Source: a virus
Lineage: Duplodnaviria; Caudoviricetes
DNA length: 64,000 bases
Reading direction: 5' to 3' (one strand)
IMG/VR virus record: IMGVR_UViG_3300012344_000001
Location: 32,001 to 96,000 of that record
Of this stretch, positions 29,801-38,874 are shown in pieces. Position 1 is the first letter of the stretch. The number at the start of each line of letters is the position of its first letter. Position numbers and translations under genes: made by a program. The notes below the pieces were generated by a model that saw only the letters and a program-made list of their open reading frames with translations, searched no databases and was not told where the DNA came from.

Positions 29801-29965
29801 TCAAGAACGTTTCTTCCATTCTTCCCAAACGGTTTTCGTTTCGTCGATGTTAAACACAAATCCAATCTTGTCATATCTGTCAGAATAGATAATTCTAAGA
29901 GGCCAGACGCCATTCTTCATGTAAAATTTCGCCTGTTCGACATAATAGATAATGATTGTTTTCAT
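29801..29965 (-). CDS. small hypothetical protein (54 aa; below the ORF-track cutoff)
   Basis: MKTIIIYYVEQAKFYMKNGVWP...IGFVF; AGGGG SD; promoter at 30010. Confidence 0.55.
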   Translation of the reverse strand: MKTIIIYYVEQAKFYMKNGVWPLRIIYSDRYDKIGFVFNIDETKTVWEEWKKRS

Positions 29966-30009
29966 TGTTGTACCCCTATAAAATTATTGGTGTTTTCCAC
30001 CTTGCTTAT

Positions 30010-30038
30010 ATTATAGCATATTCCCGCGCTGTTGTCAA
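30010..30038 (-). promoter_or_regulatory. sigmaA promoter with upstream direct-repeat box
   Basis: TTGACA-17-TATAAT. Confidence 0.8.
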
Positions 30039-30102
30039 CCAGTGAATTGTAAACATTTTATTAACAATAGCGGGCAAACTTTCGTCCACCCGCCATGTTT
30101 GT

Positions 30103-30522
30103 TTAGCTGAACAGCTTGCTGAAAAAGCCTTTCTTTTTACCAGCGTTCTTTGCAATGGCTACATAATTCTTTCGCCATCTTTCATAACGGCTAAAGTCGT
30201 CGCAAAGCCGTTCAATTTCTTTTTCATCCCAAGCAACATCAAAATAAAGAGTGCAATATTCGTCGCTTGTTATCGAAACAAAAAATCCAAGGTTTTCAAA
30301 GTAGTGTTTCAAGAAGTCCCAATCAATATCGTCCGCGTCGTTCGCGTCATCCGTGTACCAATATCCCCTTCCGTGTTCTGCCGCTTCTTTGATTTTGCCT
30401 TCAAAGTACGGAATCTTTTCTTCGGTACGCTTCCTGCGTTCTTCGCGCCGCGCGGCATTTTTTGCGTTTTCAGCTTTAACGCCATCTTCCTGAATACTGC
30501 GAATTTCATCAATGTTAATCAT
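30103..30522 (-). CDS. hypothetical protein ending in amphipathic KKKGFFSKLFS
   Basis: ORF with AAGGGG SD; MinD-like membrane-targeting helix at C-terminus. Confidence 0.55.
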   Translation of the reverse strand: MINIDEIRSIQEDGVKAENAKNAARREERRKRTEEKIPYFEGKIKEAAEHGRGYWYTDDANDADDIDWDFLKHYFENLGFFVSITSDEYCTLYFDVAWDEKEIERLCDDFSRYERWRKNYVAIAKNAGKKKGFFSKLFS

Positions 30523-30535
30523 GATTGTACCCCTT

Positions 30536-30748
30536 TTAGAAATATAGATAATCAAAGATAAGAACAATAAGTGGCAGTATAAGAATGGAATACAAAACAA
30601 CAATCGCGATGTTGATGTATTTCATGATTTTTGGTGTTTCCCGACCAAGCATGGCGCATACGAACTTGAAGATAAAGCTTGCAACGGCCAATGCCACTAC
30701 ACACATAACGGCTGGTGCATAATACGGGTTGCTAACAATATTGGCCAT
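30536..30748 (-). CDS. small membrane protein
   Basis: two hydrophobic segments. Confidence 0.55.
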   Translation of the reverse strand: MANIVSNPYYAPAVMCVVALAVASFIFKFVCAMLGRETPKIMKYINIAIVVLYSILILPLIVLIFDYLYF

Positions 30749-30749
30749 G

Positions 30750-30992
30750 TTACACCACCCTTGCTTTTTCCGTCATAAATTCCTTGGCGTAGTTTTCGCC
30801 ATATTCGTTCTTCATAATGTCGTCGTAGACTCTGAACGCTGGCGTAAGTTTCATGTATTTATAGTGCTTTCGTGCTTCTTTCAACAGCATGTCTGCTGGT
30901 GCTAAACTACAGCCATATTCTTCAAGCGGACAGTCCGCGCATCGCCGTCTAAGACAAGCCGCTTCAAACAGAAGGTGCTTGTTCATATTCAC
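30750..30992 (-). CDS. small Cys-rich (CxxCP) protein, C-terminal tag ARVV
   Basis: CADCPL; ends KARVV. Confidence 0.65.
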   Translation of the reverse strand: MNMNKHLLFEAACLRRRCADCPLEEYGCSLAPADMLLKEARKHYKYMKLTPAFRVYDDIMKNEYGENYAKEFMTEKARVV

Positions 30993-31240
30993 ACCACCTT
31001 CGCCTGCTTGATGATTGCCCGAACCACTTCTTCGGGAAACAGCTTTGGATTTTCGCGCACCACCCGTTCAATCGCCGCTTCTGCCGCCTTGTGTGTCGGG
31101 TCGTGATGCGATAGGCATAGAAAATTCGACGTGCCATCTTCTGCGAATTTCAGCTTGTAAAGCGGACAGCCGTAGCAGGTTGCGTCTTTAGACATTTTAC
31201 AACACGTCCACAGCGCCTTGTTAAAAATTCTATCTTTCAT
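30989..31240 (-). CDS. small Cys-rich protein, tag AKVV
   Basis: CYGCPLY; ends QAKVV. Confidence 0.65.
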   Translation of the reverse strand: MKDRIFNKALWTCCKMSKDATCYGCPLYKLKFAEDGTSNFLCLSHHDPTHKAAEAAIERVVRENPKLFPEEVVRAIIKQAKVV

Positions 31241-31242
31241 GG

Positions 31243-31536
31243 CTATACCACCGTTGCATCGGTGCGATGCCATTCCATATCGGTCGTGTAATGCGGTCTA
31301 TGAACGCGTAAAATGATTTCGCCCGTGTACGGATTGGGATATAAATATCCGGCGGTGAAATGCTGACAGGTGTGATAAATCACTTTGTAACCCCATCCAT
31401 TGCAATTCTTCATTTCTTGCAGAATCATGCGTTCGACAGTTTTCTTTGCGACGGAAGGTTTCTTGTAGGTATCACACACCCTCTGTTCTGGTGCGCGATT
31501 GTATGCAGAAATAAAATGATTTTCAAAAGTGTTCAT
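31243..31536 (-). CDS. small hypothetical protein, tag ATVV
   Basis: YKKPSVAK...FTAGY; ends DATVV. Confidence 0.65.
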   Translation of the reverse strand: MNTFENHFISAYNRAPEQRVCDTYKKPSVAKKTVERMILQEMKNCNGWGYKVIYHTCQHFTAGYLYPNPYTGEIILRVHRPHYTTDMEWHRTDATVV

Positions 31537-31784
31537 ATTATATACCTCCAGCCTTCAGCACGCGATAAATTCGACCGCGCACAGGCACTCAAAGGATTCT
31601 TTCATCTGAAGTGCGTGGCGCATAGCCGCCATATACATTTCATCTTCGGGTCTGTCATCGTGAAGTTTGATGGTCGCCGTGCGTTCGTTGCCGTTGTCCA
31701 TGTTCTGATACTTCGCTTCAAAAATATACATATTGTACTCCAACAGCAGATAGATTAAAGGCTTCCCTTCCCTGCTGTAATTAT

Positions 31785-31813
31785 AGTATAGCACGCCCAT
31801 ATAAAATTGTCAA
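31785..31813 (-). promoter_or_regulatory. sigmaA promoter
   Basis: TTGACA-17-TATACT. Confidence 0.75.
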
Positions 31814-31846
31814 GCTGGACAGAAGTGAATCCGCCCAGCTTGCATA

Positions 31847-32128
31847 TTAAATTACTTCCTTATGGACGGCGCAGTAGATAATCGCCAGCATAAACACTGG
31901 GTACCACGTCCAGCGCGGCATAACCCAATCACGATAGCCGCCGTCGGTATAATAACCGATTCCAGTCAAAGTGTCAACATCAAACACCTTGTTTCTTTTC
32001 ATCAAGCGGCAGAACGTTCGCAGACTCATGACAGTATATTCGTCCGAATTATCAATGATGCCGACAATCCACAGCGCGACACAATAGACAAGAATAACTA
32101 TCAGCATGGTGACAATAAACGTAATCAT
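31847..32128 (-). CDS. small membrane protein
   Basis: two hydrophobic segments, AAGGAG SD. Confidence 0.55.
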   Translation of the reverse strand: MITFIVTMLIVILVYCVALWIVGIIDNSDEYTVMSLRTFCRLMKRNKVFDVDTLTGIGYYTDGGYRDWVMPRWTWYPVFMLAIIYCAVHKEVI

Positions 32129-32139
32129 ATTACACTCCT

Positions 32140-32352
32140 TCACACATAGACGCGCTTTGCGCCTGCAAACTTGCCGTTGACCGTGGTGACGTGGTACAGT
32201 CCATCGCAGTAGCCCGAAGTCAGATTGTCATAGACGTGGCTCATGCGAATCGTGAACAGCGTGATAGCTTCACCTTCTTCGCTGATGCGGTGCTTCTGAT
32301 TTATGATTGTGCCTTGGCGGTAAAGCGCCGCCATGTGTTCTGCGTACCCCAT
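32140..32352 (-). CDS. hypothetical protein
   Basis: 70 aa, weak similarity to 34050..34229. Confidence 0.55.
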   Translation of the reverse strand: MGYAEHMAALYRQGTIINQKHRISEEGEAITLFTIRMSHVYDNLTSGYCDGLYHVTTVNGKFAGAKRVYV

Positions 32353-32361
32353 GATGTCACC

Positions 32362-32745
32362 TTAACCTTTCATAAAATGTTTGATTGGTGGATTGAAACG
32401 ATAGGCGCCATGGTCATTCTCCACGGTGAATTTTTCATCCGTCTTTTTGGCGGGGAACATATCGTTCAGGCGATACTTCACGATGGTGGTTGCGCCATTA
32501 AAGCCTTCGCCGTAAAGTCCACACCAGCCTTCGACATTATATTCAACGCTTGCGAAGTTGACAGTTTCCGCCTTTTCAGACGTGGGAACAATGCCAGCTT
32601 TCGGCAGAAGTTCAGACGCTAAACCAGTTTCAGATAAGACAAGGCGATTGATGCGTACAGGCGTTCCGCAGATGATTTCTACACGCGATTCAAACTTGTA
32701 GATGGTGGCATTGCCATTCCAGTTGTCAAACTTGATATAATACAT
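32362..32745 (-). CDS. hypothetical protein, paralog of 32756..33193
   Basis: MYYIKFD...TIYKFE vs YYVQLD...TIYEIE. Confidence 0.55.
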   Translation of the reverse strand: MYYIKFDNWNGNATIYKFESRVEIICGTPVRINRLVLSETGLASELLPKAGIVPTSEKAETVNFASVEYNVEGWCGLYGEGFNGATTIVKYRLNDMFPAKKTDEKFTVENDHGAYRFNPPIKHFMKG

Positions 32746-32755
32746 ATAGTACACC

Positions 32756-33193
32756 TCACTTTGTAATTTTGGCGTGTTTCTTGCCGTCTGCGCTAATATA
32801 GACATCGAACTTATAGCCACATCTTTCAAAGGATTCGCGCAATTCGGCTTCATCTTCGTCGTTGACGATTTCAAGTGCGGGTGTGAATTCATACCAAACA
32901 CCGTCCGCGTGATATTTCACATCGAACTTGAAGTCTACGCGCTTAACTTCAAAAGCCCACATGTAATCCCCGTCCAAGCGGTTTCCAAAGTTCATGAAGT
33001 TGTACGGAACCTTTTCAACACAGCAAGCCTTGGCTGGATAGAAGCCGAGGTTGGACATAATATCAAGACCGCCGCTTGCTACGGTGGTGCGAAGATGTGC
33101 ATTGCGCACACCCCATTCGTCATGGACGATGGCTTCTTCAATTTCGTAGATGGTGCAGGATTCCTTGTCCAGTTGAACATAATACTTTTTCAT
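32756..33193 (-). CDS. hypothetical protein
   Basis: 145 aa, GGAG SD, promoter at 33242-33270. Confidence 0.6.
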   Translation of the reverse strand: MKKYYVQLDKESCTIYEIEEAIVHDEWGVRNAHLRTTVASGGLDIMSNLGFYPAKACCVEKVPYNFMNFGNRLDGDYMWAFEVKRVDFKFDVKYHADGVWYEFTPALEIVNDEDEAELRESFERCGYKFDVYISADGKKHAKITK

Positions 33194-33274
33194 AATGTAC
33201 TCCGCGCGGCATAGATTGGGGACTTCCCCGCCGCTATAACTATACTATCAGATTGGTGCAATTTTGTCAAGCGC

Positions 33275-33511
33275 TTATAGGACTTTCGCACCACCAATCG
33301 TTTTCCATTCGTTTGCGACCATCTGCATATAATTCGCGCCGTCTTCCTTCTTAGATTTTCGCGTATATTCTTTGCGGGCAATCCCAATAAGGTCGGCTTC
33401 GCTGAAATTGTTCATGCGGCACTTGATATTTTCGCGGTCAAACATTAGACAATCGCCGTTACACCAATTATTAGTGCAGATAATCGACTTTGCCGCGTTG
33501 TACTTTGTCAT
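33275..33511 (-). CDS. small Cys-rich protein, tag AKVL
   Basis: ICTNNWCNGDC; ends GAKVL. Confidence 0.6.
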   Translation of the reverse strand: MTKYNAAKSIICTNNWCNGDCLMFDRENIKCRMNNFSEADLIGIARKEYTRKSKKEDGANYMQMVANEWKTIGGAKVL

Positions 33512-33828
33512 AACACCACCGCCTTCTTCGCCCGCGTTGCGTTGATAAGCGTGCCATATCTGTGATTGCAAATGCCTTCTTCAAGGTGGATGTGGTAGAA
33601 ATCCAAGCTACCTTTAACATTCCAGCCGTCAAACTTGCCAAGAAAAGTGCGAAACACAAGCTGGAATTCTGTATCGGCATCGTATTCGTTGATTTGCGAC
33701 AAAAGCACATCTTCGCATTCGGGATAAATCGCCTTGGCGACTTCACCAAACTGTGCGATATTGTCGCCGAAATAAATCAAGGTGCGCGGCTTGCGTTTCA
33801 CCTGTTCTAAAATCTGTTGCGTAGTCAT
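33508..33828 (-). CDS. small protein (YFG...DGWN family), tag AVVL
   Basis: similar to 36916..37242; ends KAVVL. Confidence 0.65.
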   Translation of the reverse strand: MTTQQILEQVKRKPRTLIYFGDNIAQFGEVAKAIYPECEDVLLSQINEYDADTEFQLVFRTFLGKFDGWNVKGSLDFYHIHLEEGICNHRYGTLINATRAKKAVVL

Positions 33829-33829
33829 G

Positions 33830-34048
33830 TTACACCACCTTCGCTTTCATAGGCGCAATGTCGTTGTTGTTAATCCACCAAAACCCGCCATAACCGTGGT
33901 TCATGTGCGTGTGGTTTGGTTCCCACGCGGAAAGATTGCCCTTGCCAGTGCTGCGGATTTCAACAACGGTTCCAATCGCAAAGCGGTGCCCACTGTGATT
34001 TTCAACGATTTTTACAAGGTCGCCCTTCTTAACTTTCATAATTACCAC
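33830..34048 (-). CDS. small SH3/KOW-like protein, tag AKVV
   Basis: KKGDLVKIV..HRFAIG; ends KAKVV. Confidence 0.65.
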   Translation of the reverse strand: MVIMKVKKGDLVKIVENHSGHRFAIGTVVEIRSTGKGNLSAWEPNHTHMNHGYGGFWWINNNDIAPMKAKVV

Positions 34049-34049
34049 C

Positions 34050-34229
34050 CTATTCTGCCGAAGCCAAGTTCACCAGCTTCACGACTTCGCCATTGACCAT
34101 TCTATGATACCATAATCCGCTGAACGGTGCGCGGATAATGCGAATTCGCGCGTTGCCAATCAAATCATCCGTGATGAATTTGCCATAGCGCAGAAGATAT
34201 TGCGAATATTCATAATCAATCGTGTTCAT
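34050..34229 (-). CDS. hypothetical protein
   Basis: MNTIDYEY... ORF after promoter 34283-34311. Confidence 0.5.
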   Translation of the reverse strand: MNTIDYEYSQYLLRYGKFITDDLIGNARIRIIRAPFSGLWYHRMVNGEVVKLVNLASAE

Positions 34230-34483
34230 ATTGCACCCCACAACAGATAGATTTAGGGTAGCCCCTTTTCTGTTGTACCTATATTGTAACAGTTTATTCA
34301 CAATTTGTCAAGCCCTGCGCGATTTGCCCGACCAGACGCGCTAAAACCGCCATAAATGCCCTTAGAATGCGCTGTGCGCGCTTTTAGACGCGCGGTGGTA
34401 AAAGTACCCACCCTATTCTAAACGCGCTTAGAACGCATTTATGCGCGATTTGTAATTGTGAACAAATTGTAAACAAGGCGGAT

Positions 34484-34512
34484 AAAAAAAGAAGGCGGGA
34501 TAGACCCGCCTT
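34484..34512 (-). terminator. intrinsic terminator
   Basis: AAGGCGGG hairpin followed by T-run on minus strand. Confidence 0.7.
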
Positions 34513-34859
34513 CACCAGACAACAATAAGCCTAACGCTTGAAGAAGATTGGTAGTAGTCTTCCCGTTCAACTTGAAAGCCGCGCCGTTTCAATCGCCTTT
34601 CAAACAGGTCGGCGTATTTGCGTCGGACGTATATCTTTGCGCATTTCATTCCCAAACTGGCTTCCGAATGGATTTCTGCGTTCAGCGCATTATAATCCTG
34701 CCATCGCCTGATAAATTCGCGTCTTCTGTCGTTTAAGTCCCCAAGGCGTCGTGCTGTTTTTGCATTAAGAAATGTAGCGCAAAAATCGGAAGCGTTAATA
34801 GCAAGCAGCAGTAATACAACAAGCGCAAAAAGAACAGTCAGAATTTTAAGAATTGTCAT
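34512..34859 (-). CDS. membrane-anchored hypothetical protein
   Basis: N-terminal hydrophobic segment. Confidence 0.5.
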   Translation of the reverse strand: MTILKILTVLFALVVLLLLAINASDFCATFLNAKTARRLGDLNDRRREFIRRWQDYNALNAEIHSEASLGMKCAKIYVRRKYADLFERRLKRRGFQVEREDYYQSSSSVRLIVVW

Positions 34860-34860
34860 G

Positions 34861-35256
34861 TTAGCACCCACCCTTCAGAAACGGCTTGGCAAACTTGTAG
34901 ATTGTGATTTCGGGGATTGTCAGCGCCTTGATAATGTCAACCGCTTGAACACAAATAACAGCAATGGCGATTGTGGCAATGATGGCGCAAATGACGGTGG
35001 CGACAACAAGCGAATAGTCATCATCGTCTGCTTCCGCCAGCGGCCTAATCTTCTTGTTGCGAATGTAAAATGCAAGAAACACGATGACAACTTGCAAAAT
35101 TATCCATGCGGCAGAAGTAGCGATTTCGTAGGCGACGATGCGATGGCAAAGGTCTTGCAAATAGGGCATGATGTTGCTTGCCGTCCAGTCGATTACGATA
35201 CCAAACTTTTCGCAGATGGCATCAAGAACGGCGATGATTTGGTTAGAAACAGTCAT
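34861..35256 (-). CDS. membrane protein
   Basis: LDAICEKFGIVIDWT, two TM segments. Confidence 0.65.
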   Translation of the reverse strand: MTVSNQIIAVLDAICEKFGIVIDWTASNIMPYLQDLCHRIVAYEIATSAAWIILQVVIVFLAFYIRNKKIRPLAEADDDDYSLVVATVICAIIATIAIAVICVQAVDIIKALTIPEITIYKFAKPFLKGGC

Positions 35257-35271
35257 TTAATTTGTCCTCCA

Positions 35272-35493
35272 TTAAATTATTTTAGCGCCGACCGGTCTTA
35301 GGTCACAGGTGTAAATTTCCTGTGAAGTTTTACGGTTGCCGCTATTTATTGTTTTGCACCGCACAGAACAAGTATCTTTCCCAACGCGGGTAATTTCGCC
35401 GATTTGTGGGATGATTGCGTAGTGGATTTTATTCGTGTTTCCCACGATTTTCACCTTTTGCCCAACGTGGAATTTATACAATCTTGGCACCAC
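35272..35493 (-). CDS. small SH3/KOW-like protein, tag AKII
   Basis: KFHVGQKVKIVG; ends GAKII. Confidence 0.65.
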   Translation of the reverse strand: MVPRLYKFHVGQKVKIVGNTNKIHYAIIPQIGEITRVGKDTCSVRCKTINSGNRKTSQEIYTCDLRPVGAKII

Positions 35494-35725
35494 CTTTTGG
35501 ATATTTTCTCGCGATTGCCGCCCATCGGTTCAGTAGTTTCTTATCGGCAGACGTTGCTCGTGGATATCTGTATTTGTACGCAAGCCGCGCAGCAGTTCGC
35601 AGGTCTTTCGTGCTTACATAGGACGATGCGCACCAGTGAACTGGACAGCGATTACAGAACGAAACGCCATATATCGGGCTGCACATTATATTTATTAGGG
35701 TGTTGCGAAATTCAAGTTCGTTCAT
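35474..35725 (-). CDS. small Cys-rich protein, tag AKIV
   Basis: CNRCPV; ends GAKIV. Confidence 0.6.
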   Translation of the reverse strand: MNELEFRNTLINIMCSPIYGVSFCNRCPVHWCASSYVSTKDLRTAARLAYKYRYPRATSADKKLLNRWAAIARKYPKGGAKIV

Positions 35726-35991
35726 ACTACCGTCGCCCTTCTTATCACAAATCGCCCATATTCTGATGGCAAATCCTTAAACATTTGCGCGTTCCCGTGT
35801 TTAATACAGGCTTTTAGAAGTTTTACACGCTTTTCGTCATATTGCGAACAACAGTCTGTGCAAATTGCCATGTCGAAATCTGTACTAATTGACATTAGCG
35901 GACAATCTTCACAGCCGCCTGAGTGGTATAGCCTGCAAAAACAGTCGGTGATTGCACTCATTGCATTTTTGCTTGGGATATCCATATTCAC
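35722..35991 (-). CDS. small Cys-rich protein, tag ATVV
   Basis: CEDCPL; ends RATVV. Confidence 0.65.
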   Translation of the reverse strand: MNMDIPSKNAMSAITDCFCRLYHSGGCEDCPLMSISTDFDMAICTDCCSQYDEKRVKLLKACIKHGNAQMFKDLPSEYGRFVIRRATVV

Positions 35992-36260
35992 ACCACCCTT
36001 GCACCATTCTTATAGTAGTACCAATTACCTTTTGGCGGCTCTTGATAGTTCTGGAAACCAATCACGGACGTTCCAGTGCAATCGCCATGCTCGTAGCGTA
36101 TCTGCGTAGAGCCGCCCCCATAAACTTCATATTCATAATGCAGTATTGGACGATGGATGGAAACGAAGTCTATATACTGTCTTGCGGTATCGCTGTTTGG
36201 GAATACGAAAATACAGGATTCACCACTGTTGGCGATTTCAAACATCTTTTTGAACGTCAT
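35988..36260 (-). CDS. small hypothetical protein, tag ARVV
   Basis: ends GARVV. Confidence 0.6.
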   Translation of the reverse strand: MTFKKMFEIANSGESCIFVFPNSDTARQYIDFVSIHRPILHYEYEVYGGGSTQIRYEHGDCTGTSVIGFQNYQEPPKGNWYYYKNGARVV

Positions 36261-36261
36261 G

Positions 36262-36367
36262 TCATACTACCTCCGCACCTGCTGCGCGCAGGTCGTGTTC
36301 GATGATAATCTGCGGTGGTGTTGTCAACAATGCGAACGCGCTGTCCAACACGATATAGATAGTTCAT
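36262..36367 (-). pseudogene. internally deleted SH3/KOW-like tagged gene
   Basis: N-terminus MNYLYRVGQRVRIVDN and, in another frame, C-terminus IIEHDLRAAGAEVV*. Confidence 0.55.
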
Positions 36368-36603
36368 CAGAACACCTTCTTCACCAGTCGCGCGGTCACG
36401 ATTTTGTCACCATCCGCAGCGATGTACGCCTGAACTTCACCCGTGTCATTGAACTTACGCTTGTAGCCGTGCGCTTCGCAAATGTCATCAATCACATCGC
36501 CAGCGCAGATATTTGCAGAGTTCTGTGACTGGTGCATTGTGTCAACGTGGAACTTGCCATCTTCGTACTTGTATACGAACCAGCGAAAAATTTTGGGAAC
36601 CAT
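36367..36603 (-). CDS. hypothetical protein
   Basis: ORF after promoter 36634-36662. Confidence 0.55.
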   Translation of the reverse strand: MVPKIFRWFVYKYEDGKFHVDTMHQSQNSANICAGDVIDDICEAHGYKRKFNDTGEVQAYIAADGDKIVTARLVKKVF

Positions 36604-36669
36604 TTTGCACACCGCCTTTCCTGTTGTAATAATATTGTAACATTTTGTTCACAATTTGTCAAGCGAAAT

Positions 36670-36694
36670 AAAAAAGACGCCCGCGAAGGCGTCT
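36670..36694 (-). terminator. intrinsic terminator
   Basis: GACGCC-TTCGCG-GGCGTC followed by T-run. Confidence 0.7.
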
Positions 36695-36914
36695 AAATGA
36701 TTTGTGCGGTGGTGGGCGCTGGCTTCAATTCGTTGAATTTGAAGTGGCACTCGACGGGCGCAATGTGGCTGTCCACCCTTATTTTAATAGGGAATCGCCT
36801 GTCTGGGTTAATGTCAATGATAACGCCAATCATGCCGTTGTCAACGGCGCGGTCTTCAAGGTATTCCGTATCGTCACAGTCGATGATAACCTTTTGTCCG
36901 ACGTAAAAATTCAC
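36693..36914 (-). CDS. small SH3-like protein, tag AQII
   Basis: FYVGQKVII; ends TAQII. Confidence 0.65.
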   Translation of the reverse strand: MNFYVGQKVIIDCDDTEYLEDRAVDNGMIGVIIDINPDRRFPIKIRVDSHIAPVECHFKFNELKPAPTTAQII

Positions 36915-36915
36915 A

Positions 36916-37242
36916 CTACACCACCTTTGCCCTTCTGTCGTGCGACAAATCTACCAGTAACCATTCGTCGTCTTTTTCGCGTCCTGCGGCAGTCCAGCGG
37001 GCGTAGTGCGCTTTCTTCGTATCGAAATCCATTTTGAAGAACTCGATGCTATCTTCACGGTTGAATCCGTCGTATTTGCCGTTGGCGTACAGAATACAAA
37101 GTTCGGTGCAGTTGTCTGTTCGATGTGGCACGAATCCGCCCGTGGCTTTGTTGACGGTAACAAATGATTCCCAATCGACGCCAAAATACAGCAGAACGCG
37201 CGGGTTTTCTTTGATAACATTTTTGATTGCAGTAATATTCAT
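36916..37242 (-). CDS. small protein (YFG...DGFN family), tag AKVV
   Basis: ends RAKVV. Confidence 0.65.
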   Translation of the reverse strand: MNITAIKNVIKENPRVLLYFGVDWESFVTVNKATGGFVPHRTDNCTELCILYANGKYDGFNREDSIEFFKMDFDTKKAHYARWTAAGREKDDEWLLVDLSHDRRAKVV

Positions 37243-37294
37243 ATTGCACCTCGCAAAAAAGGTTTACGGCGGCATCCGAACTGGATTTATTAAA

Positions 37295-37579
37295 TTAGAC
37301 GATTTTACAGCCGCAGACATACGGGCGGAAATCAGGGTCTTCTTTGATTTCAGTTTTTATGCTTTCATGATACTTCTTGTCTGTGAAATATAGGAACTTG
37401 CCAACGTTAATGGTTCCGTCGTGGTTGTCATACGAACAACACCGTCCAAGCTTTTTGCGGATAGGGCAGGTGTTACATCCGTTTCCAAATCCAGGGATTC
37501 TGCAACCAGCGCGTTTGAAATGGTATGCAGCAGTTTCTTTGTCTATCATATTTATCACCCCACCGCAATACCGCCGCAA
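37295..37579 (-). CDS. small Cys-rich protein, tag CKIV
   Basis: CNTCPI; ends GCKIV. Confidence 0.6.
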   Translation of the reverse strand: MRRYCGGVINMIDKETAAYHFKRAGCRIPGFGNGCNTCPIRKKLGRCCSYDNHDGTINVGKFLYFTDKKYHESIKTEIKEDPDFRPYVCGCKIV

Positions 37580-37890
37580 TAGCGAACAGAAATGATTCTA
37601 TCACCAGCAATTTCGGGCGTGCCGCGGTCGTCGATAATCATGGCGGCGATGTCCCCAATCATCCAATCTTCGGCGCCGTAGAACATCCAGATTTCGCCGT
37701 TGTAGTCGGACAAATAGACCGAATCGTTGTTTTCATCCACTTCGACAACCACGGCGGCGTGCGGATAAAGATTGTCAACTGCTGGTTGCGCGTCATTTTT
37801 TACGCAGGACGTAGACGCGATGGCGACAATGATAAGCAATGCGATGCCAAAGAATAGGATGATAGAATTTCGTGTGCGAAAATGTTTCAT
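37555..37890 (-). CDS. membrane-anchored or lipoprotein-like protein
   Basis: hydrophobic leader then TSC; GEIWMFYGAEDW..GD. Confidence 0.6.
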   Translation of the reverse strand: MKHFRTRNSIILFFGIALLIIVAIASTSCVKNDAQPAVDNLYPHAAVVVEVDENNDSVYLSDYNGEIWMFYGAEDWMIGDIAAMIIDDRGTPEIAGDRIISVRYCGGIAVG

Positions 37891-37949
37891 GGTAGTACCC
37901 CTTTCCTTATCATGCTTATATTGTAACGCCAAAAGGTTGACTTGTCAAG

Positions 37950-38171
37950 CTAAACTACCGTCGCACCCGCAGGTTCTATGTCTGCTTCGCGGACGATATA
38001 ATGGCTTCCGTGTCCAGTCGATGCGTAAAACGGATGCCCATAACGGTTGACTTCGCGCCACGATTGTTCACCAAGGGCTACAATTTGCCCAATCTTAAAG
38101 CCATGGCTGTTGTGGTTGCCAATTATTCTGACACGCATACCTTGACGTGCGGTTCCAGTTTTCATGGTCAC
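37950..38171 (-). CDS. small SH3/KOW-like protein, tag ATVV
   Basis: RVRIIGNHNSHGFKIGQIV; ends GATVV. Confidence 0.65.
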   Translation of the reverse strand: MTMKTGTARQGMRVRIIGNHNSHGFKIGQIVALGEQSWREVNRYGHPFYASTGHGSHYIVREADIEPAGATVV

Positions 38172-38692
38172 ACCACCTTTGCAGACGACGGTTTGATTTT
38201 CTTTATATATTGCAGGGGAACATTAACATTGGTGTTATATATGTTTGCATAGACAATGGCTTCGCCGTGTAATATTGATTTGACGCGCCCCGTGAAAACA
38301 CCTGTGCCTACAAGGTCGCCAGCTTTGATGCTTTGGACGTCGTTCCACATCTTGACCAGTTTTGGGATATCTTCGTCGGTAAATCCGACTGGACAGACGG
38401 TACAACCGATGTGGTAAAATTCGCCAAAGCGGTGTTCAATATAGGCTTGACCGCCACAGTGACACGGGACAGCTTTTTGTTCGCTGGATTTGATAAGCTT
38501 TTTAATGCGATTATTCTTGATTGATTTCTTGATGCGGTCAATGCAAAAATCATGAATCGCACTAACAAAAAGGATGGTGGCGGAGATGGCTAACGCCACA
38601 AAAAGAATCCACATAAAAACACACGCAATCTTTTCTATCACAACACCACCGCCTTCATATATTTCGCCATGATTTCGTTGACGCGGGTACAT
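38168..38692 (-). CDS. TM + Lar-like Zn ribbon + SH3-like protein, tag AKVV
   Basis: PCHCGG...CTVC...WN; ends SAKVV. Confidence 0.55.
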   Translation of the reverse strand: MYPRQRNHGEIYEGGGVVIEKIACVFMWILFVALAISATILFVSAIHDFCIDRIKKSIKNNRIKKLIKSSEQKAVPCHCGGQAYIEHRFGEFYHIGCTVCPVGFTDEDIPKLVKMWNDVQSIKAGDLVGTGVFTGRVKSILHGEAIVYANIYNTNVNVPLQYIKKIKPSSAKVV

Positions 38693-38874
38693 TGCTTGCG
38701 CTGCGTTGGCGTCTTTGTGTTCATATATTCGCCAACAGCCCTTAGAAGTTCGTGCGTTACAGGCGTGTCTTTGCGACAGCGGTAGTAACAGTCGTCGCTA
38801 TCGGTTAGCGGACAAAGGTCGCACATATAATTAACACAAACGAACCTTCGCAAATATTCGCCGTCATACTTCAT
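38638..38874 (-). CDS. small Cys-rich protein, tag AVVL
   Basis: CDLCPL; ends KAVVL. Confidence 0.6.
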   Translation of the reverse strand: MKYDGEYLRRFVCVNYMCDLCPLTDSDDCYYRCRKDTPVTHELLRAVGEYMNTKTPTQRKQCTRVNEIMAKYMKAVVL

